DNA of 32,822 nt, taken from positions 1-32,822 of the forward strand of contig JAVHYY010000873.1 of assembly GCA_035221665.1 (NCBI GenBank), in the 5' to 3' direction. A program made the translations under genes and the position numbers. The notes under the pieces were generated by a model. It was not told the DNA's origin. It did not search any database and saw nothing but the letters and a program-made list of their open reading frames with translations. The stretch is from Okamejei kenojei (taxonomy: Eukaryota). Shown here in pieces: positions 1 to 12,440 of this stretch; position 1 is the stretch's first letter, and each line of letters starts with the position of its first letter.

Positions 1-190
1 TCCTCAACGGAACATTTTCCTGCTCTATCTGTCCAAACCCTTACCCAATCTTATATGTTTTCAATAAGGTTCCCTCTCATCCTTCTTAAATCCAGAGTGT
101 ACAGAGCCAACCGCTCCATTCTGCAGCATATGACATCCCCGCATCCCGGAATCAACCTTTAATCCTACGCGCACGGCCTCTATAGCAAGA
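1..190 (-). mobile_element. Degenerate CR1 LINE fragment
   Basis: Similar to the other CR1 ORF2 3' copies in the window; many indels. Confidence 0.6.
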
Positions 191-419
191 ACTTTGGCCA
201 GCTCCTCCTCAATGTCACCATAGTTGCCCCTTTATTCAACTGTAACACTGCCACTTATGGTTATATTCCGATCGGACGCTTCTCCCTCTCGAGAATTTTA
301 GATTAATCCGACCATATTTATGGGTCCACTACCTCCTAATGGCCCCCTTATCTGAGGAGAGGGACCAGAGGAGGTTAACAAGGAAAAAAAACGATCCCAG
401 GAATGCCAAGCGTTTTTTT

Positions 420-1075
420 TTGATGAATATTTTTTTATGGTTGTAAATACATATTAATAGAAAATACTTCTTACATACAGTCGTAATATAATTTACAATA
501 GCCATTTAAAAGAATTTAATAATTCATAATAACAATTTTTTTTTTAAAAATAAGCTAAGAAAAAGATAGATCCACCTACCTATGTCTGTCACACCTCTGA
601 ACATACGGCAGTCCATTCTACCTGACACCCGAAATCCATCGTTGGAGATATATTCTAGATTTGTTATACGAGATTACTTCACTATTCCATTAATCAAATG
701 TTTCAGTCAGGCTCATTGCCCCGAGCCACTTCGACCCTTTAGATATTCAATGTATGGAGACCATATTCCTCCAAAAGTTCCCAACTAGTCCATTAGTACG
801 AGCCTCAATCTTTCCAGATGGAGTGTCTCCGACATTTCTTTACTGATCCACATTTTTGAATGTGTGGTGGTATGTAGGTGGGAACCTTTTCAGAAAGTTA
901 ATATATTTTTTTTTCCCAGCGGGAAATAAACTCTAATCAATAACAATTCTTTGACAATAGTTGGTTTCTTTAATTGATCTGTTTTCCAGTATTATAAACT
1001 TTGAGTCATGGAGACAGGATCATCTTAACAACATACCGAAATTATCCTAAATTGATTTCTGTCCGAATGACAAGC
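420..1075 (-). mobile_element. L1/Tx1-like LINE 3' fragment
   Basis: AT-rich tail plus degenerate ORF2 C-terminal-like sequence; judged by eye. Confidence 0.4.
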
Positions 1076-1254
1076 TTTTTGGCAGCACTGGGCCTCTTCC
1101 TCTTCTGTTTCCAGCTGCTAACCAGTCAGGCAGGCAGATAACGCTCAAAAACAGAGAGATGAGACCGAAGTATCTTTCCCACAGGACCTGCAACTCCAAT
1201 CTCAACCAGGAACTCATATTACCTGGTTTAGTGTCTTTCTGTTTCCATTAGAAA

Positions 1255-1700
1255 GTATAAACATAGGAAAATAGGTGAAGTAGGTAGGCCATTCGCTCTT
1301 CGTGCCCTGCAACACACCATTCAATCTGATCATGGCTGTCATCCAACTCCCACTCAGTATCACCCGTACCTGCCTTCTCTCCATAACCCCCTGAACCCTT
1401 TAGAGCCACATCATACTCCCTCTTAAAATATAGCCCACTAACTGCCTCAACTACCTTCTTGTGTCCAGAGAAGATCCTACAGACTCACCACCTCTCTGTG
1501 TGAAAAAATGATTTTTCTCATCTCGGTGCCCCAAAAGACTTCCCCCTTATCCCTAAAAAAAAACTGTGAACCCTTGTTCTGGACATTCCCCAAAATTCGG
1601 GGAACAATCTTACCTGCATCCTAGCCTGTCCAACCCCGTTAAGAATTTGTACGTCTCTTAAGATCCCCCCTCCAATCTTCTAAATTTCCAGCGAGTACAA
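1255..1700 (-). mobile_element. CR1 LINE 3' end
   Basis: Matches the CR1 3' ends at 25850-26220; error-rich. Confidence 0.75.
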
Positions 1701-3589
1701 TATGGGGGACGAGTATAACGGGAGCTGTCCTGTGCGGTATGGCTGCCCAGCCTGCAGCTGTCCTTTGTTTCTCTCTTTTTTTTTTTAATTTTTTAGTTAG
1801 TTGAGTTTTTTTTTTTTTCCGGAGTCCTAAGCCTTTTTTTTTTTGTGGGGGTGGGGGGGAAACTGCTTTCCTAGGGTCCCTACCTGGTCGGGAGGGGCAT
1901 CTTTTCTTTTCTCCGGGCTGGCAACCCGTCGACGCGTCCCTCGCGGCCTATCCAGCGGGGCCTGGACGGCGTTTCCCGGGGGGGCCCGCCCATAAACAAG
2001 ACGCTTCGGCGTGGGGCACAGTAACTGGAGCGCCGGTGACTGCGGCTGAACTCGCGGAGCTGGCGGGACATGGTTTGGCGGCGGCGGCTCTGAACTTCAA
2101 TCAACTTATAAAAAAACGTCGGGGGGCCTGGGATCTCTCGGCGAGATCGCCAGTGTGGAGCGCCAACATCCTTGCCTGGCGTCGGAAGCCGTGTTCTCCC
2201 AGCAAGGAAAGCGGCCGTTACAGGCACCCCGAGTCTCCAGACGCCCGGCGGAGAAGGGCCTAGAACATCGGCCCCCGTAGCAGCGACTGCGGAGGCCTCA
2301 GTAGGCCCGACTGTGGGTGAACTGGGGATGGGGTCTGGACTTTGTGCCTCCCCTCATAATGGGAGCCATTGTGGAGGGATGTTTTTTTTTATGGTTATTG
2401 TTAAATTCTTGAATGTTGTGTTACATGCTGCAGATTAATCCTTCCGATTCCTATTTTGTTTTCCATCCATCAGTAGCATTGCAAAGCGAGCCGTTCAGNN
2501 NNNNNNNNNNNNNNNNNNNNNNNNNNNNNNNNNNNNNNNNNNNNNNNNNNNNNNNNNNNNNNNNNNNNNNNNNNNNNNNNNNNNNNNNNNNNNNNNNNNN
2601 NNNNNNNNNNNNNNNNNNNNNNNNNNNNNNNNNNNNNNNNNNNNNNNNNNNNNNNNNNNNNNNNNNNNNNNNNNNNNNNNNNNNNNNNNNNNNNNNNNNN
2701 NNNNNNNNNNNNNNNNNNNNNNNNNNNNNNNNNNNNNNNNNNNNNNNNNNNNNNNNNNNNNNNNNNNNNNNNNNNNNNNNNNNNNNNNNNNNNNNNNNNN
2801 NNNNNNNNNNNNNNNNNNNNNNNNNNNNNNNNNNNNNNNNNNNNNNNNNNNNNNNNNNNNNNNNNNNNNNNNNNNNNNNNNGGGGGGGGGGCGCGCGACA
2901 CATATCTTGGGGCTGGGCGCACACAACCGCAAGGCATCGCCCGGGGGCCCCTGTGGACCGTAACTGCCTTGGTTTGGTGACCAGACTCCGAACTCCACAA
3001 CGGCAGCTTCGTCCGCCCCGAATCCCGAATTGGCCCGTTTGTGGGGACTTTCATCAGCCGTCGGGGGCTTCAACATTGGGAAACCTCGCAGCGGTTTGAT
3101 TTTAAGCCGCGGCGGGTGGCGAAAGGCCCCGCGAACGGGCCGATTCACCCCTCATAATCACCCCCTTAGAAAGCGTCTGATAAAGTCGGGATTGCAAAAC
3201 ATGTCCCACCTCTCAAAGCATGGGGGAGGAGGGGGGGGGGGCCCCCACCAGGATTATCCGCCCATGCATGTTGGCACGTCAGTGGTCTTCAAGAGGCTGG
3301 TCGCTGGATTTTATTTGCCGTGCAAATGGGGCGATTCGTTTTAAACTTCTGTCACATCTGCAGAGGCGGGGCTCGGCAAAGATGCGACGTCTTCACAAAG
3401 GTGGGTGTCTTCGCGCACCGCACTGACACCTGGGGAGCAAGGAAGAGACGGGATGATGCAGCCACAAGCACAAGGCAGCAGCAGTCCAGTATTAGCCGCA
3501 AAACCTCCGCGTTACATTCCCCAGAGTCCGCTTGGTGGTAGATGCCCGTCTGTAACGTGCGCTCTGGTTAATTATCTTTGGAACGTACT

Positions 3590-3832
3590 TTTAGGACGAA
3601 GAGGAGGGGGGGATTTCTTTTCCCGCGAATCTGTGGAATTCTTTGCCACAGACGGCTGTGGAGGTCAGGTCACCGGGCATTTTTAAGGCAGAGATTGGCA
3701 TATTATTGATTTGTACGGGCGTCAGGGGTTATGTGGAGAGAAGACAGGAGAATGGGGTTGATAGGGAAAGATAGATCAGCCGTGATTGAATGGCGGGGTG
3801 GACTGGATGAGCCGGATGGCCTAATTCTGCTC
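3590..3832 (+). mobile_element. CR1 LINE 3' end
   Basis: gtggaattctttgccacag...gaatggcgg...ggcctaattctgctc matches the shared CR1 3' end. Confidence 0.7.
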
Positions 3833-3835
3833 TGC

Positions 3836-4100
3836 AGAGTTTAGTGATACAGCACAGAAACAGGCCCATCGGGCCATGCCAAGCAGTGACCACTAGCACC
3901 TTACGCTAGCACTATTCTATATACTAGGGGCAATTTTACCACAGCTAATTAGCCTACAAACCTGTACGTCTTTGAACTGTAGGAGGAAACCGGAGCGCCC
4001 GCGCGGTCACAGGGAGAACGAGAAACTACTCCGTACAAACAGCACCAATAGACAGGATCGAACCCGGGTCTCTGGCGCAACTCTGCCGCTGGGCCACCAT
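3836..4100 (-). mobile_element. tRNA-derived SINE
   Basis: Box-B-like ggatcgaacccgg and a body shared with 13030-13136/14339-14470 and 18735-18895. Confidence 0.7.
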
Positions 4101-4159
4101 AACCTTGCTCCACTGTCCCGCCCTTCACTGTCCCATAATTTATGAACATTTAACTGCCC

Positions 4160-4585
4160 GGTCCAACATCGACTCTGACCTCCCTTCCATCGAGGGGATT
4201 TATCGCAGTCGCTGCCTCAGAAAGGCTGGCAGCATCATCAAGGACCCACACACCATCCTGGCCGCACACACTCATCTCCCCGCTACCTTCAGGTAGAAGG
4301 TACAGGAGGAGCCTGAAGACTGCAACGACCAGGTTCAGGAATAGCTACTTCCCCACAGCCATCAGGCTATTAAACCTGGCTCGGACAAAACTCTGAACAT
4401 TAATAACTGTTATTTGGACTTTATCAGTTTATTTATTCATGTGTGTGTATATATTTTAATATAATGGGTAATAATGGACACACTGATCTGTTCTGTAGTC
4501 AATGCCTACTATGTTCTGTTGTGCTGAAGCAAAGCAAGAATTTCATTGCCCTATCAGGGACACATGACAATAATCACTTGAACTT
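4160..4585 (+). mobile_element. Rex1/Babar-like LINE 3' fragment
   Basis: LPSIEGIYRSRCLRKAGSIIKDP, followed after a frameshift by LPSGRRYR- and FRNSYFPTAIRLLN-like motifs. Confidence 0.7.
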
Positions 4586-4648
4586 TCACAATTAAAAATT
4601 TTCGACTGCCTCCAATGCACAGATTTTAATATATTATTTCTCCTACTT

Positions 4649-4758
4649 TCAAAAAGTGGGCAGTGGGCAGGTGCTATAGACCTGCACAGGAAGGTAGATG
4701 TCCCTGTCCCCACGGGTCTCGGGCAGAAGGGGCTCGTCAGCCTGGGAAGGTGGTCCAT
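4649..4758 (-). CDS. WB: Candidate terminal cytoplasmic exon 6 of the beta chain gene
   Basis: Acceptor gtttccctcacctag; phase-1 continuation gives DGPPSQADEPLLPETRGDRDIYLPVQVYSTCPLPTF followed by TGA at 4651-4649, in apparently non-repeat sequence. Confidence 0.5.
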
Positions 4759-5444
4759 CTAGGTGAGGGAAACCTCTTGATTTAAAACCTCCAGTGCCTT
4801 GTGGCCATATCCAGTCATGGAAAAGGCTCCCAGGAGTAAACCTCGAGACAATCCGGAGTCGGAGCCCCCTAGGGCCGTTCGTCGTTGTCTACAACCTCGC
4901 TCTGGCAGCTCCTGCGACGGCGCTGGTGCCAGACTGTAACGGCCCTGTTGTTCCTTTGGATCGATCAGCGACGTGGAGAGGAGGGGGGGGGGGGGGGGGG
5001 GTGGGGGGGGGGCACGCTGCGGCGGCATGGGCAACAGCGGCGGATGCCTCCATTCCATATGACATCGAGCCTCGCAGCTCGCATCCGACCCGGATGCATC
5101 GCCCATCGTCAGTCATGACCGAGGGGGGTCTACCACTAGACTTTCAAAAGGGTTGTTCTTCAAAAAATGTGGTCTTTCAGAGGATAGAACCTTCAGCCTA
5201 ACTTGTCCATAATAACCAAGATGCTCGTTCCATTTGCCTGGATTGGCACAAATCCTTCTACACCCTCACTCTTCATGTATCTGTCCGAATGCCTTTTAAA
5301 TGCCTGACCCGCGGTTACTCCAGCACTTTGTGCTTTTTTTTTTGTGTGAACCAGCATCTGCAGTTAGACAAACTCAGCTGGTGAGGCAGCATCTATGGAG
5401 CAAAGGAAATAGTTGACGTTTCGGGTCGAGACCCTTCTTCAGAC

Positions 5445-6637
5445 CAAAGATCCTATAGTGGAGCAAGATAGATCACTCCTAAATGCAATGGGCTGACGTG
5501 TAGTACGCAACGGAGCGGAACGTGGGCCTTTTTTTCATCCATTTCAGTAACCCGACCCGACCCGCAGTGTAATCAACGTTGCGGGGGGGACAGTTTGTGT
5601 TAATAAATTTAAATTCTGAAAATGAGAAGATTTTTCCCAAATCACTTTGATTTTCACGAGGACCCTTTCCGTAACCGGCTCCCGTTCTCTCCGCGCTCAG
5701 TTATCTTAGCTCCGCTGTAGGGTCTTATGGTTGCGGGAGACGGAGGCCTGTTAGGGAAAAGGGGGCCCGGAAAATTACCCCGTGAGTCTGCCCGTGACCG
5801 CAACACGTCTTTTTTTCGTCGGCCTGTGGTCTATCTTGCCCGCACGAGGATCTTTGCTTCAGACGGATTGTGGGGGCGGGGGTGGGGGGGGGGGGGGGAG
5901 AGGGAAGAAAGATGGTAAGAGGCGGGAGACAGATGAGTGTCATCCAGTATCTCCCACAGATCCTACAAGCGGAGCAAGAATTGCCTACTCCCCACGAAAA
6001 AACGCGCCAGTAAAACGGTCATGGGCAGATTCATGGGTAATTACAGGACCCATTTCAGCAACCAGCCTCCGCCATCTTGCTTCCGCCCAAAGGTAGGGTC
6101 TCTGCTTCCGCCTCCGTCTTCGGGATTGAGGCGGAGCGGCCGGAAGCGGGGCTGAGGCCGTGTCCCGGCGGCGGCGGCCCGACTCGGGAGGTCGGGTCCC
6201 GGCCGCGAACGGTGTGATTAGATGAATGAATCGCAGAGTGCAAGGTGTCAACTCAACAAAATCAACCCAAACACAGCATACGAGCCATTTAAAAAGAAAT
6301 GATTTTTTTTTAAAAAAAACATTTAAAAAAAAAAGAAAATTACCAGAATCAAAATTGATAAACATTTTATTCTTTAACAAGAATTCAATTCAATTCAATT
6401 CAACTTTAATGTCATTGCACAGATACAAGTATGGGTACAACGAGGTACAAAATTAACAGAATTATGAATCTAGCTCTATATCACACACACACACAAATAC
6501 ACTGCGAGTCGGGTCGGGTAGGTTCCGGTTACTGAAATGGACGGAAAAAATGCCCACGTTCCGCTCCGTTGCGTACCACACGTCAGCCCATTGCATTTAG
6601 CAGGAGTGGCCTATCTTGCTCCGCTGTGGGATCTTTG
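5445..6637. mobile_element. Non-autonomous DNA transposon with ~130-bp terminal inverted repeats (CAAAGATC termini)
   Basis: 5445-5570 (caaagatcctatagtggagcaagatag...gacccgcagtgt) is the imperfect reverse complement of 6499-6637. No intact TSD and no transposase ORF. Confidence 0.8.
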
Positions 6638-7166
6638 GTATCTGCAGTTCCTTGCTTCTCTCTTTTAAAAGCTGTCATTGAACTGCCTTGTCACTTACCT
6701 CTGGCTAATGAGGGCGGCACCAGTGGCTTAACGGCAGTGTTGCTTCCGCAAGGGGCTGTCCCACTTGCCGATATTTTCGGCGACTGACGTGTCAGGTCAC
6801 CGATAAAATCGCGGGGCGACGACGTATTGGCGCGCGGTGTTTCCTCAAGCGTCGCGACATTTTTTTTTTTTGTCGCCAGATGTTCAAAATCTTTTGGCGA
6901 CCCTGACGAGTGCCAGAGACCCAGGTTCAAACCTGACCATGTCTTTGAGGCTTTTAGATAGGCAGAAGGTAGAGCAGGAAAAGAGGGCTATGAATCATGT
7001 GCAGGCAGATTAGATCAGTTTAACTTGCCGTCTTGTACAGCACAGACATTGTGGGCTGAAGGACCTGTTCTTGTGTGTTGTATGTTCTACCTTGCTCTAT
7101 GTTTGTTAAGAGCCAGAGGCGATATTCATGCTCAGCTATTTGCGTTTTTAACGAGGAAATGGTTAC

Positions 7167-7253
7167 CTGAAGACATATCAGCAGCCGACACATCTGGAAG
7201 GGTAATGGGTCGACTCTGGTTCAGCCCAAATTGTGAGTCACGGTTCTGGTTCA
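7167..7253 (-). CDS. WB: Probable cytoplasmic exon 5 of the beta chain gene
   Basis: Unique island between repeats. Acceptor ttatctttctccag, donor CAG|GTAACC, 87 nt, phase 1-1, open frame VNQNRDSQFGLNQSRPITLPDVSAADMSS. Confidence 0.65.
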
Positions 7254-7289
7254 CTGGAGAAAGATAATCACATGTTTCCACTTTGGTCC

Positions 7290-7914
7290 ACACTGCGCCT
7301 CTACCACCTCGGGCAATTGAGGAAATTCAGAGTGTCTCTGAGGATCCTCCAGTGCTTCTACTCGGCAGCTGTGGAAAGCATCTTGTCCGGAAGTATCACA
7401 AATTGGTTTGGGAACAGCACTGCCCTGGACAAGAAGGCTCTGCAGAGAGCAGTGCGTTCGGCCGAACACACTGTGGGAACTTCACTCACCCCTCTGCAGG
7501 AATGATACACCAGAAGGTGCAACTCCAGAGCCAACAAGATCATGGGAGACCCCTTACACCCCTGCAGCGGACGGTTCCAGCTGCGACGGTCAGGCAAACG
7601 CCTCCGTTGCCATGCTGTGAGAACGGAGTGGTAGAGAAGGAGTTTCTTCCCAGAGGCCATTAGGACTGTAAACTCCTATCTCACCAGGGACTAACTTTAC
7701 TGGACCATTCTACTGTTTTAAAAAAAAATGCTGGGATTTTTTTCCTTTCTCTTTCCTCCCACAATATGTCATATGTAAAAGAATATGTGATTCCGTTCCA
7801 TTCTGTTTGTAGTTTGTTTGTTTTTTGCACAAAGTCCAAGAGCATTGGCCACTTTTCATTTCACTGCACATCTCGTATGTGTATGTGACAAATAAACTCA
7901 ACTCGACTTGACTT
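7290..7914 (+). mobile_element. Rex1/Babar-like LINE 3' fragment
   Basis: RLYHLGQLRKF...FYSAAVESILSGSITNWFGN; (GACTT)n tail. Confidence 0.8.
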
Positions 7915-8878
7915 GGTGGCAAGAACAAGAAGACAGATTATTATCTGAATGGTGTCAGTTTAGGAAAAGGGGAAGTGCAACGAGACCTGGGTGCCCTTGT
8001 GCACCAGTCCCTGAAAGGAAGCATGCAGGTGCAGCAGGCAGTGAAGAAAACTAATGGCATGTTGGCCTTCATAATGACAGGAGTTGAGTACAGGAGCAAA
8101 GAGGTCCTTCTGCAGTTGTACAGGGCCCTGGTGAGACCACACCTGGAGTATTGTGTGCAGTTTTGCCTGTTGGCCTTCATAACAAGAGGAGTTGAGTACA
8201 GGAGCAAAGAGGTCCTTCTGCAGTTGTACAGGGCCCTGGTGAGACCACGCCTGGAGTATTGTGTGCGGTATTGGCCTGTTGGCCTTCATAACAAGAGGAG
8301 TTGAGTATAGGAGCAAATAGGTCCTTCTGCAGTTGTACCGGGCCCTGGTGAGTATTGTGTGCAGTTTTGGTCTCCTAATTTGAGGAAAGACATTCTTGCT
8401 ATAGAGGGAGTGCAGCGTAGGTTCACCAGGTTAATTCCCGGGATGGTGGGACCGTCATATGATGAAACAATAAAGCGACTGGGCTTGTATTCGCAGGAAT
8501 TTAGCAGGATGTGAGGGGATCTTATAGAAACATATAAAATTATTAAGGGATTGGACACGCTAGATGCAGGAAACATGTTCCCGATGTTGGGGGAGTGCAG
8601 AACCAGGGGCCACAGATTTAGAATAAGCGGTAAGGCATTTAGAACTGAGATGAGGAAAAACGTTTTCACACAGAGAGTTGTGAATTTATTCAGAGGGCAG
8701 TGGAGGCCAATTCACTGGATGCATTCAAAAGAGAGTTAGATAGAGCTCTTAGGGCTAGCGGAATCAAGGGGTATGGGGAGAAGGCAAAAATGGGGTACTG
8801 ATCACATTGAATGGCGGTGCTGGCTCGAAGGGCCGAATGGCCTACTCCTGCGCCTATTATCCATGTATCCATGTATCT
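7915..8878 (+). mobile_element. CR1 LINE ORF2 3' fragment with internal ~110-bp triplication
   Basis: RDLGALVHQSLK...LYRALVRPHLEYCVQF; the segment starting ttggccttcataa occurs three times (about 8062, 8170, 8279). Confidence 0.9.
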
Positions 8879-10235
8879 CACACTTGAGTCTGAAGAAGCA
8901 TCTTGTCCCGAAATGTCCGCCTGACCCGCTGAGCTACTCCGACATTTTTCTATCTTCAGTTCATACCTCACGCATGCTCGGATTGAACCATGGGCGATCT
9001 CACTGCCGATTCCTGCAGCTGATCGGAATCCCACTGTACAGTCCAACAGTCTTCCTCGCTGTCTGTAGATGATTGCACCTTGCCCAATTTTCATGTGAAA
9101 GGAGCAGAATTATGCCATTCGGCCCATCAAGTCTAGTCTGCCATTCAATCATGGCTGATCTCTCGTTTCCTCTCAACCCCATTCTCCGTCCTTCTCCCCG
9201 TAATATATATATATCTCTATATTTATCTGAAGATGAGTCTCGACCTGAAGCGGAGCTCACCGTCATATTCCTTCTCTTCATAGAGATGCCTGTGCCTGTT
9301 ACTCCAGCATTTTGTGTCTACCTTCGATTTAAACCAGNNNNNNNNNNNNNNNNNNNNNNNNNNNNNNNNNNNNNNNNNNNNNNNNNNNNNNNNNNNNNNN
9401 NNNNNNNNNNNNNNNNNNNNNNNNNNNNNNNNNNNNNNNNNNNNNNNNNNNNNNNNNNNNNNNNNNNNNNCTGGCAGATACCTTTCTATACAGAGATGCC
9501 AAACCTAAAATTTAGTTCACAGTAACATCCCATTTGTCTAACAAATGGGTTAAATGCACTCCACTCTCGTAACACTCACCTGGGGTTGTTGCCGCCAAAG
9601 GCGGGTCTTAGCGCCTGCGCACTGGTGCAGAGCTCTATATGTATGGGGGGGGGGGGGGGGGGGCCGGCGGGCGGGGTGCGGCACAATCGCACTTGGCAAT
9701 GGATGCCGGCGGGTCTGCGGGCGGGGTTGGGGTGGGGGGGAGCCCGCCGGTGATGGGCTGCCGCGAGCACCCGGCTGGCGGCATGAAGCGGTCCGGCGCC
9801 GCCCGGGTTCTGGGCCGGGCGTAGCATAAATCGCGCCAGGCCCGGCCAACCCTCCCCCCACTGCGCACGCGCGGCCACTGTGGCCCCGGCAACCCTCCCC
9901 CACAGTGCGCACCGCAGCGGTCACGAGGCCCGGCAACCCTAACTGCGCACCGCGCGGTCACTTAGGAGACCGGCAACCTCCCCCACTGCGCGACACAAGA
10001 CGCGCGGTATTGTGACGGGTGTAAATGATATGGGGGCCGTATGTGGCAAACCGGGGGCACATGCGCCGGCGTTATCACTTAACACCGCGCGGCGGTCAAA
10101 CAGCAATTTTTGGCTGCCGGAACGACCGAAAAAAAGGTATATAAAATGCGAATTTGGCAGTTTCTTTAATACTAGCGTGTAGAATGAACGATGATGGGAT
10201 CAATGACTACACAGTGAAATGTTTTGTTTTGCATC

Positions 10236-10750
10236 CAGACTGATTCCTGGGATGTCAGGACTTCCATATGAAGAAAGACTGGATAGACCTGTTCTTGTAC
10301 TCGCTAGAATTTAGAAGATTGAGGGGGGGAGATCTTATAGAAACTTACAAAATTCTTAAGGGGTTGGACAGGCTAGGTGCAGGAAGATTGCTCCCAATGT
10401 TGGGGAAGTCCAGGACAAGGGGTCACAGTTTAGGGAGTAAGGGGGAAATCTTTTAGGACCGAGATGAGAAAAACATTTTTCACACAGAGAGTAGTGAATC
10501 TCTGGAATTCTCTGCCACAGAAGGTAGTTGAGGCCAGTTCATTGGCTATATTTAAGAGGGAGTTAGATGTGGCCCTTGTGGCTAAAGGGATCAGGGGGTA
10601 CGGAGAGAAGGCAGGTACGGGATACTGAGGGATGATCAGCCATGATCATAGGGGGGGGGGGGGGGGGGGGGGGGGGATTGTAATGCGTTGCAGCCTCGAA
10701 GGGCCAAATGGCCTACTCCTGCACCTATTGCCTATGTTTCTATGTTTCCA
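10236..10750 (+). mobile_element. CR1 LINE 3' fragment
   Basis: YSLEFRRLRGGDLIETYKILKGLD; (CTATGTTT)n tail. Confidence 0.9.
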
Positions 10751-10814
10751 TAACCCGGGGTTTGAGGGGAGACCTGGTAGAAGTATATAAAAGTAAAAGA
10801 AGCAAAGATAGGCT

Positions 10815-11540
10815 AGATAAAAATGCTGGAGAAACTCAGCGGGTGAGGCAGCATCTAAGGAGCGAAGGAATAGGCGACGTTTCAGGTCGCGACGCTGCTT
10901 CAGACTGATGTGTGGGTGGGGGTGGAGGGGGCAGGAAGAAGAAAGGAAGAGGCGGAGACAGTGTGGCTATGGGGCAGCAGCCCCCTGGATCTGGAAAGGG
11001 GAGGGGAAAGAGGGAGAAAGCAAGGACTACCTGAAATTGGAGAAGTAAACATGTCATACACCGCTGGGGTGTAAACTGCCCAATGAGGTGCTGCTCCTCC
11101 AATTTGCGGTGGGAGTCACTCTGGCCGTGGAGGAGGCCCAGGACAGAAAGGTCGGATTTGGAATGGGAGGGGGAGTTGAAATGCTGAGCCACCGGGAGAT
11201 CAGGTTGGTTATTGCGAACTGAGCGGAGGTGTTGGGCGAAGCGATCGCCGAGCCTACGCTTGTTCTCACCATTGTAGAGCAGCGGATGCAATAGAAGAGA
11301 TTGGAGGAGATTGCAGGCGAACCTCTGCCTCACCTGGAACGACTGCTTGGGTCCTTGGATGGAGTCAAGGGGGGGAGGTAAAGCGACAAGTGTAGCATTT
11401 CCTGCGGTTGCAAGGGAAAATATCAGGGGAGGGGATGGTTAGGGTGGGAAGGGATGTATGGACCAGGAGTTATGGAGGGAGCGGTCTCTGCGGAAAGCAG
11501 AAAGGGGAGGAGATGGGAGCATCTGCAGTTCCTTCTTAAA
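10815..11540 (-). mobile_element. Penelope-like element fragment (GIY-YIG endonuclease end)
   Basis: LLYNGENKRRLGDRFAQHLRSVRNNQPDLPVAQHFNSPSHS...RKLEEQHLI. Confidence 0.85.
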
Positions 11541-11656
11541 CAATAGACAGGGTAGATAGTCAGAACCTGCAAATTGTGACATTAGCAAGTGACCGAGACA
11601 AGATTAGAAAGGAAAACTTTTCCTAGACTGACGAGGACATGCAAAAATGTTCCTAC

Positions 11657-11761
11657 CTTTCCATCTCATGACTCCTCCCAATACAGCAATCAGAATACCG
11701 ACTAATCCAGTCATTATTCCAACCACATATCCATAGACTGGTACGTTTTGATTCTGGGGAA
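11657..11761 (-). CDS. WB: MHC W-category-like beta chain, exon 4 (connecting peptide/transmembrane)
   Basis: Acceptor ttttttttctccag, donor G|GTAGGA, 105 nt, phase 1-1. Encodes VPQNQNVPVYGYVVGIMTGLVGILIAVLGGVMRWK: Gly-patterned TM helix followed by basic stop-transfer residues. Not in the ORF track. Confidence 0.88.
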
Positions 11762-11946
11762 CTGGAGAAAAAAAGCTAGAGTCAAATGATGTTATAGCAC
11801 ACGCAACTCTATAAGAAGGAGTATTGTGGAAGAAAGGTCTCGACCTGAAACGTCATCCATTCCTTCCCTCCAGAGATGCTGCCTGTCCCGCTGAGTTACT
11901 CCAGCATTTTATGTCTTTATTCGCAACTCTTTCAGACTTCGGTTAG

Positions 11947-11977
<31 letters not shown>

Positions 11978-12111
11978 AGATGCCGGCCTGCAAAGTTGGC
12001 CGTGGAAGTCGGTGATGGGAATGGATCTGTTGTTTCTGGCCGAGGTTCCCGGATGGAGAAGAGTGGGAGGGCTTGGATGGATGGATGTAGAGAGCATGTT
12101 GCCACGAGTCA

Positions 12112-12440
12112 CTTCAAGTCAAGTCGTCACTTTTATTTATATAGCACATTTAAAAAACAAACTCGTTGACCAAAGTGCGTTACATTTGTTATAATAGTAT
12201 ACACAAGCAGGCTACATGCATATATACAAATAGCCCTCGCTCAGAGGACGTCAGGAAAGGCTTGGGAGAACAGATACGTTTTTAGTCTAGACTTAAAGGA
12301 GTCGATGGAGGGGGCAGTTCTAATGGGGAGGGGGGTGCTGTTCCACAGTCTAGGAGCTGCGACCGCAAAGGCGCGGTCGGTCGCCCCTGAGCTTATGCCT
12401 AGACCGCGGGACGTTCAGTAACCCCAAGTCGGCCGAGGTC
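12112..12440 (-). mobile_element. L2-like LINE 3' fragment
   Basis: LLNVPRSRHKLRGDR motif and an L2-type 3' end (tgtgctatataaataaa, gactt tail). Confidence 0.65.

Noticed and set aside
1700-3590. GC-rich ORFs around the first gap
   Set aside because: No splice-consistent or domain evidence; they look like repeat-derived, error-rich sequence.
8965-9095. Unique island as an extra cytoplasmic exon on the minus strand
   Set aside because: A donor-like GTATGA is present, but there is no good polypyrimidine acceptor and the phases do not fit. One frame would give a stop-terminated tail, which is unsupported.
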